Part shown: positions 7,641-13,478 of the stretch, piece after piece | Layout: every line of letters starts with the position of its first letter | How positions within the stretch are numbered: the stretch's first letter is position 1 | NCBI GenBank assembly: GCA_029856435.1 | Contig: JAHQXB010000053.1 | Coordinates: forward strand, 1-13,478 | DNA from: Candidatus Jordarchaeia archaeon | GTDB lineage: Archaea; Asgardarchaeota; Jordiarchaeia; Jordiarchaeales; Jordiarchaeaceae | DNA: 13,478 bases | Direction of reading: 5' to 3' | Made by a program: the position numbers and the translations under genes | The notes under the pieces: model-generated | What the model was told of the DNA's origin: nothing | The model's input: the letters and a program-made list of their open reading frames with translations, nothing else | Database searches by the model: none

Positions 7641-7835
7641 ATGGTGACTGAAGGATTCGCAGTTATGAAATGTCCCCACTGCCAAAACAGCATAGGCATC
7701 TACTATGTAATGAGCTTAAAAAAGGGCAAGGCGGCGGAAAACACAGATTTCAACTGTCCCCACTGCAACGAAAACGTAGCACTGGAAATAAGCAAGGTAG
7801 CAGTTGACAAATTTAACGGCTTCCAATCCCCATAG
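7641..7835 (+). CDS. Small Zn-finger protein (CPHC-x24-CPHC); start uncertain (7611, 7641 or 7665)
   Basis: Two identical CPHC knuckles in a 56-64 aa ORF that fills an otherwise empty region. Confidence 0.7.
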   Translation: MVTEGFAVMKCPHCQNSIGIYYVMSLKKGKAAENTDFNCPHCNENVALEISKVAVDKFNGFQSP

Positions 7836-8070
7836 AGCGCAACTAGATCCTGCCGCACAACCTTTTAAGTTGCAAAACGGGCATCAAAATAAATAAGAAC
7901 TTTCCAAAGAAAAAACAAAATTATGCAACGAGGCACACAATTGGAAAATTTAATAAGCTCAATTTTGGGAAACTGAAACTAAAAGACCTCTACAAATTCG
8001 GGAGTTAAAAGATACCCTTAGAAAAATGGGAATCGAGAGATTGAGCTGTTCCTACTCTTTATGATAAGAG

Positions 8071-8694
8071 GTGAAAAAATTGAGATTCGTGGTTTTGGCA
8101 GACATTCACAGCAATATGGAAGCCGTGGAAAACGCCAAGAAATATATTGAAGAAAAGAAGCCCAACGCTGTGCTCATCTGCGGAGACATAACACACTCGG
8201 GAAAAGAGGAGGAGGCCAAAAAAATAATTGGGAAGCTTGCTTCAAGTGGAATACCTGTATTATATGTTTGGGGGAACATGGACCGCGTAAAACCCGACAC
8301 CCAACTCCAGGGAGTCAACGCCACCTGTCTCCACGGCAAAAAGACCGAGTTTGGGGACATCGAACTCCTGGGACTAAGTGGCAACGCATGGGGCTACGAT
8401 TTCCTCAGCACCATAGAAAAGTCACAAAAACCCCTAATAATAGTGTCACACGAACCACCCGAAGGCTGCCTAGACGTGACTTGGAACGGAAGCCACGCAG
8501 GAGACCCTCAAATTAGAAACTTCATAGAAAAAGTGCAACCAGACCTAATGGTTTGCGGCCACATACACGAAGCCCGCGGAGAAGCAAACATCGGCAAAAC
8601 CTTGGTGTGCAACGTGGGAAAACTGGGCAGCGGAAACATACTAACCATAAATATAAAAAACAACCACATCAGCGTGCAAAGAGACAGAATCTAA
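8071..8694 (+). CDS. Calcineurin-like metallophosphoesterase (Icc-related), 207 aa
   Basis: DIH, CGD, GNMD, SHEPP and CGHIHE metal-binding motifs in the canonical order. GTG start. Confidence 0.92.
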   Translation: MKKLRFVVLADIHSNMEAVENAKKYIEEKKPNAVLICGDITHSGKEEEAKKIIGKLASSGIPVLYVWGNMDRVKPDTQLQGVNATCLHGKKTEFGDIELLGLSGNAWGYDFLSTIEKSQKPLIIVSHEPPEGCLDVTWNGSHAGDPQIRNFIEKVQPDLMVCGHIHEARGEANIGKTLVCNVGKLGSGNILTINIKNNHISVQRDRI

Positions 8695-8821
8695 AACAGC
8701 AAAAAAGCTGGAACCAAAAAATTTTCTACACAATAGTATGATCCCAGCAATCACCAATATCTACCCACAAAAAATATTTTTAACAGTGGGGTACACACAT
8801 TTTTAGCAAACGAAAATTGAG

Positions 8822-9460
8822 ATGCTAACCATGAGGAAATCCTACATTTTCAACACCAATGTTGAAATACCCTTCCTAAAGAATGCCCTAGAAACCTACT
8901 TCACAAACCTTGGCTTAACCGTGAGTGAAGGAACAGGAGAAAACCAGTTCACCTTAACCAGCGGACCCCACTACTACTTGCCGGCCCAAATAGCAGTTTC
9001 CATGGAGTTGAGAAAAACAGGGCAAATAATGGTTAAACTAGACTATCCCGGAGACATACTAGACACACAAATCGACGCCCTCAAAATAGTAAATAACACC
9101 GACAAAATCGTTAAAAAAATACTGCAAACCGGAAAAATTCCCACCGAAAGCCTCATACCCGGCCACACAATGCCCATACCACCACCCAAACTGTGCACAA
9201 AATGTAAACAGCCAATAAAAGAAGAGTGGAAACTCTGCCCAAACTGTGGCACACCCTTGGAAACCGCCAAAAAACCCAGCTGCCCCAACTGCGGAAAACA
9301 AATGGAACCCTCCTGGAAAATATGCCCCTACTGCGGCGAAAAGCTAGTCGAAAAAACATATTCAAAACAAGAAGAAACCACAAAACTATGCCCTAAATGC
9401 GGTGCTGAAATGCCATTTAACGCAATTTACTGCGCAAAATGCGGAAACCTCATGGACTAA
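8822..9460 (+). CDS. Protein with an uncharacterised N-terminal domain, a Pro-rich linker and three double-zinc-ribbon modules
   Basis: Three CxxC-x10-CxxC modules (CTKC/CPNC, CPNC/CPYC, CPKC/CAKC). An alternative ATG lies at 8831. Confidence 0.85.
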   Translation: MLTMRKSYIFNTNVEIPFLKNALETYFTNLGLTVSEGTGENQFTLTSGPHYYLPAQIAVSMELRKTGQIMVKLDYPGDILDTQIDALKIVNNTDKIVKKILQTGKIPTESLIPGHTMPIPPPKLCTKCKQPIKEEWKLCPNCGTPLETAKKPSCPNCGKQMEPSWKICPYCGEKLVEKTYSKQEETTKLCPKCGAEMPFNAIYCAKCGNLMD

Positions 9461-10166
9461 AGAGGAAAACACATCTTAACAGACAACTTTTTCCAAAAAA
9501 GTTTCCCAATTCCCTCTAAACCCTCTCTCACAGTGTTCCAAGTGCGTCTAATAACAGAAAAAAGTCTTTGTATTTTAGGTTCAGGATGTTTACCCACCCA
9601 GAGAGCTGATGTTACAAGTCTAACCCGAAAAAACCATGAAGGCTATATGTTAATAAGTATCCCTAAAATAAACCTCTTGCACTGCCAAGAGTAAACCCTC
9701 TGTAAAGCCCTCATCGACCCCGGCACACATTATACCTTTTTTTAACAAATTATCAGATTTTTGCTATAAAACTATTTATTTATATTTATTTGATGGAAGT
9801 TATTTTTATATCTGGAGGGATGCTAAATAGAAGGAGTTTCTGGTACTTGCAAGTTGGCTAGTGACTCAATTAACAGTTTAAATTGGTTTAAAGCGGGATA
9901 TTTTTAATCATCTCCTTGTTCTTGAAGGCTATATGAGATTCATTAGCATCAGTATTTGTTTCTACATCTTCTGTTTCTGCTTTGCTAATGTTGCGGTGAT
10001 TTACATTTTCAAACTTTCTAGGGAGTGGGCTAGTGATGGTTCGTTGTGGGGTGTTTCTCCGTTCGCGGCTGTTGTTCAAATTTTTTGGTCAGGTTTTTGG
10101 GCGGGTAGTTTTAAAAAGTTTTTCTGGTAAATCTATTCTGGCTTGTACTTGTGGAGTTGGTTTTTT

Positions 10167-11639
10167 ATGAAGGTTAGGGTTCCTCGGTGTATGAGTTCGC
10201 AGCATCCGGATAATGTGAGGACTCCCTTTTTTGCTGGTCACAGTGTTATTGGTGGGGATGATGAGATAAGGGAGGCTTACTATGTTTTTTCGCATTTGGG
10301 GTGTGATGAGCAGATGTGGGATGCGGAGGGGAAGGAGGTGGACGATTTTGTGGTGGTGAAGCTTTTATCTAACTATGATTACTTTTTCAGGGAGAAAAAG
10401 CTGGGGAAGGATGTTTTTCTCACTCTGCGTGTACCCAACCCCGCAGTTGAGAGAGCGGAGGGCAAGGTGCTTATTGAAACACTGGACAGTATACCCCGCT
10501 CCTTTGACGTTTCCAAAATTTTTTATGGTGAAGATTTAGCACCTATATTTGAAGTCATTCTTCCCATGACCCAATCCCCTGAACAACTTAACAGAGTCTA
10601 TTTCTACTACAGGGAGTTCGTGGTGGGCAAACAGCACAAGTCCTGCTTCAAAGGGGACATTCCCCTTAAAGAGTGGATAGGCGAGTTTAAACCCGAAGAA
10701 ATCCACGTAATACCCCTAGTTGAAGACATGGTCAGCATGCTTAAAGTGGACCAAATAGTTAGAGGGTACCTCAAAGATAAAGGTTTTGAGTATCAGAGGG
10801 TTTTCCTGGCCAGAAGCGACCCTGCCTTGAACTATGGCTTGGTTTCGGCAGTGTTACTAAACAAGATAGCCCTCCACAAATTGAGTTTGCTGGAAGAAGA
10901 ACTGTCGGTGGACATCTATCCCATACTGGGTGTGGGCTCGCCTCCATTCAGAGGAGGAATGACACCCCTATCGGAAAGTCAGGTTCTGGAAGAGTATCCC
11001 AGCGTGCAAACCTTCACTCTCCAGTCAGCCTTCAAATATGATTACGCCGAACAACAGATTGTGGAGTCAATAAAAAGAATAAAGGAGAAAAAAAGGGGAA
11101 AACCACAAGAGTTAGACGTGGAATACTACCAAAAAATATTGGAAAACTTGACGAGGGAGTATGAGGAGGAAATAGTGGAAATAGCTCCCCTAGTAAATCG
11201 ATTGGCACCATACATTCCACAGAGAAGGAAAAGAAAGCTGCACATAGGTCTCTTTGGATATTCTCGAGGAGTAGGAAGAACCACTCTACCCAGAGCTATA
11301 ACTTTTTGTGCCGCACTCTACTCTCTGGGCATCCCCCCAGAGGTCTTGGGTCTCTCTGCGCTGAGCCCGAAACAAAGGGAGGCAGTAACCGAGATTTACA
11401 AATGTTTCGAAGAACACATTTCCTCCGCCCTACAATACCTGAACCAAGACAACCTCAAACTTCTGCTTCCCAGCTTAGCAGAAAAAATCCGAGAAACGGC
11501 CAAAGAATTCGAATACGAAACCAACCAAGAACACAAAAAACTAACTACGCAAATCGTAAAACTTTTCAAACAAAACGAAGCCGCAAAAATGCAAGAAAAA
11601 ATCATTGAGGCCGGAGCCCTAAGAGGATTCTTGGGATAA
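10167..11639 (+). CDS. ppcA: Phosphoenolpyruvate carboxylase, archaeal type
   Basis: PRCMSSQHPDN, DEQMWDAEGK, LRVPNP, FEVILPMT, IPLVED, RVFLARSDPALNYG, GVGSPPFRG, QSAFKYD, HIGLFGYSR and LPRAITFCAALYSLGIPPE. ATG 10167 has GGAG at 10153-10156. Confidence 0.96.
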   Translation: MKVRVPRCMSSQHPDNVRTPFFAGHSVIGGDDEIREAYYVFSHLGCDEQMWDAEGKEVDDFVVVKLLSNYDYFFREKKLGKDVFLTLRVPNPAVERAEGKVLIETLDSIPRSFDVSKIFYGEDLAPIFEVILPMTQSPEQLNRVYFYYREFVVGKQHKSCFKGDIPLKEWIGEFKPEEIHVIPLVEDMVSMLKVDQIVRGYLKDKGFEYQRVFLARSDPALNYGLVSAVLLNKIALHKLSLLEEELSVDIYPILGVGSPPFRGGMTPLSESQVLEEYPSVQTFTLQSAFKYDYAEQQIVESIKRIKEKKRGKPQELDVEYYQKILENLTREYEEEIVEIAPLVNRLAPYIPQRRKRKLHIGLFGYSRGVGRTTLPRAITFCAALYSLGIPPEVLGLSALSPKQREAVTEIYKCFEEHISSALQYLNQDNLKLLLPSLAEKIRETAKEFEYETNQEHKKLTTQIVKLFKQNEAAKMQEKIIEAGALRGFLG

Positions 11640-11692
11640 AAACAAACTAGGAGTTTAAAATTTTTAACTTTTAAGGAAAGACAAGACCGGTG

Positions 11693-12814
11693 TTAATCTT
11701 CGAATTTCGCTATCTCCACATTGGATACTTCTGTGTTCCACCAAGGCTTGCTCCATTTTTCTGGAGATTCGGGAATTATTCTCAAGAGCTCCTCCACTCT
11801 AGAGAATATGGTGTTGATTTCCTTGTTTTTAGCACCAAACTTTTTCAGGACGCCTTCATTGTTAAGGATCATTTCTAGGTTCAGCCTTACCGTTTTCCTG
11901 AACTTTTTGTCCTTTTCTAGGATTTTTGCAATTCTTTTACCATTTATTTCCTCGTTGCCCCCTTCCCCGATGGGGTGGTCTAGCAGTTCTGCACAGACAT
12001 CCTTTATATCCTTGTCCTCCATCCCGATGACTATCTTGTTGTGGTCGTAGTGGCTGTTACAGGAGAGTATCCTGTGTTTTAGCCCCTCCTGCTCCAACTG
12101 CTCCAAAACGCTTCTGGGATGATCCTCAATGAATTGGCACTTGGTCAGAAGCATGTTTTCAAGCCCGATGGTGTAAAGGGTTTTTTCAGGGGGCTGGGAT
12201 AGTTCTGGTCTTACATCTATCTTGTGACGCATGTTTATCTCTTCGGTGAGTATATCCATGTAGCCCGCTACTGGAAGGCCCTCCCCATCTATGGAGTCAA
12301 TGGCCCTCACCCTCCACCTTTCTCCCCTCCGCATAGCGCTGAAAACCTTGTCAGAGAGCAGCATAAAGTGGGTATACATGCTTCCATACATTTCCCCAAG
12401 GCACAGTAGTAGGTTCTTCACTGTGGCTCCCTGTTTCTTAGAACAAATGAGGTCTACATCCTTCATAACTCGGTTAAAGGCACTACCCTCCACGTTGGTG
12501 CTGGGACAGTGAATTTTGAAGGCTCCACCACCGAAGAGTAAAATGTTTAGAGACTCGTTGCTGATTTTTGATTTTCCAATACACCCCTTTATCACATTTG
12601 GAAATTCTAGGTGGAGTTGACCCGCATGTTTCGCTGCCCAAATTGAAACCAGAGCTCTTTTCATGGGGAGATAATCCAAGTTGATGTAGTCTGGTAGGTT
12701 TAACTCTTTGAGAATTTCGGCGGGGTCCACACGCGACACTAGTGGAACTTCAATTTCTATGATTGTTCCTCCCAATTCTTCACATAACCTAACTTTTCTT
12801 GTCTTAGGATTCAA
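11693..12814 (-). CDS. Nucleotidyltransferase-fold protein (Pol-beta superfamily; AbiEii/MenT-like motif layout), function unknown
   Basis: ILLFGGGAF...NRVMKDVDLI (hGG-xn-DxD), a candidate third Asp in YMDIL, and LLTK...KDIKD. 373-aa ORF with a TTG start. Confidence 0.7.
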   Translation of the reverse strand: MNPKTRKVRLCEELGGTIIEIEVPLVSRVDPAEILKELNLPDYINLDYLPMKRALVSIWAAKHAGQLHLEFPNVIKGCIGKSKISNESLNILLFGGGAFKIHCPSTNVEGSAFNRVMKDVDLICSKKQGATVKNLLLCLGEMYGSMYTHFMLLSDKVFSAMRRGERWRVRAIDSIDGEGLPVAGYMDILTEEINMRHKIDVRPELSQPPEKTLYTIGLENMLLTKCQFIEDHPRSVLEQLEQEGLKHRILSCNSHYDHNKIVIGMEDKDIKDVCAELLDHPIGEGGNEEINGKRIAKILEKDKKFRKTVRLNLEMILNNEGVLKKFGAKNKEINTIFSRVEELLRIIPESPEKWSKPWWNTEVSNVEIAKFED

Positions 12815-13478
12815 CTGTTCTCACGCCTTTGACAGGTGACCTTTTTTTCAGTCTTTAAAGTATTTATTATTATTACCGAACAAAGATTTATATTTTATAT
12901 AAACATTTTGCCCTTCTAATCCCGAATTTTTTTTATGGTACTTATAAAATCATCTCAATATATATATTTTGCGTAAAAAGAAACACAATATATTACCTTG
13001 AAGAATATTTTAGAAAAGGCGATTCATTTCCTTTGTGGATGGAAATTCCATATGTTTAAAGCAGCACTCCTACCTGTAAGGATCTGTTTTTGTAGCTGGC
13101 TTTGAGAGAAACCATCTCCCCACCTTTTTTTAAACACCTTAGTGTAAATAAGTGGAGGTGGGAAGGGGATGCGGATGCAGGCTAAGGCAAGGTCACCACA
13201 AAAATTCAGCCCCCCAGAGTACTGTTTAAACTATGGTTATAAACACCCCTTTTTTTGAGGCGAAATCGAATGATTCTACATCACAGCCCCACACGCAAAG
13301 CAACAAGAATTTCTTAGAACCCCCGCGTCTAAACGGCTTTCAGAGAGACAAAGGGCCTCCCCGCGAAAGCCCAAGAAGACGGAAAAACACAGGAAACCCA
13401 AACACCACCCAAAAAACGCCAAGCACAGCCCAAAGCACTAGGAACAGAAACCCTAACAAACCCACACCACCCATAAAA

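Noticed and set aside
7967-7973. GGGAAAC slippery heptamer in phase with the ATG 7923 ORF
   Set aside because: A -1 shift yields only a 29-aa peptide, and no downstream stimulatory structure is evident.
2353-8824. TTGAGAT near the starts of three genes (2353, 3294, 8817)
   Set aside because: A 7-mer at inconsistent distances from the start codons that also occurs inside coding sequence.
9793-9861. 22-codon ORF MEVIFISGGMLNRRSFWYLQVG with a twin-arginine-like RRSF
   Set aside because: Too short, with no hydrophobic region after the motif. Likely chance.
9933-10130. 65-aa hydrophobic ORF upstream of ppcA that resembles a small membrane protein
   Set aside because: It lies in a strongly GT-rich tract, which automatically yields Phe/Val/Leu/Cys/Trp/Gly codons. 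It also overlaps the likely ppcA TATA box and has no clear ribosome-binding site. Not fully excluded.
312-12512. Remaining short ORFs nested in or antisense to the main genes
   Set aside because: Fully overlapped by well-supported CDSs, with no independent motifs or initiation signals.
13340-13474. Minus-strand 44-aa hydrophobic ORF (MGGVGLLGFLFLVLWAVLGV...)
   Set aside because: It is the reverse complement of the A/C tail, so the hydrophobicity is explained by composition. Upstream context is outside the window.
1-13478. tRNA, rRNA, cas genes, integrase or replication origin
   Set aside because: No cloverleaf, rRNA signature, Cas or recombinase motif, or ORB consensus was recognised by eye.

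Overview
Archaeal chromosomal window, judged from the archaeal-type PEP carboxylase, TATA/BRE-like promoters and oligo-T terminators. The lineage cannot be fixed from sequence alone. Eleven well-supported CDSs: APC amino-acid permease, radical SAM protein of unknown function, two tandem thiolase paralogues, glycerophosphodiester phosphodiesterase, YjbQ, small Zn-finger protein, metallophosphoesterase, triple zinc-ribbon protein, ppcA and a nucleotidyltransferase-fold protein. No rRNA, tRNA, cas gene or transposase is recognisable. Four observations stand out. (1) The second thiolase is full-length and well conserved but has lost both catalytic cysteines, so it is a candidate pseudoenzyme or neofunctionalised partner of the intact thiolase next to it. 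(2) A 136-bp MITE-like element, with 14-bp perfect terminal inverted repeats and a degenerate 9-bp target duplication, sits just upstream of that gene. (3) Several genes on both strands show a strong switch in synonymous codon endings from G/T at the 5' end to A/C at the 3' end. (4) An orphan AbiEii/MenT-like nucleotidyltransferase carries extra segments. Start codons were re-assigned from the ORF track using ribosome-binding motifs and paralogue alignment. All family calls come from motif recognition, not database searches.
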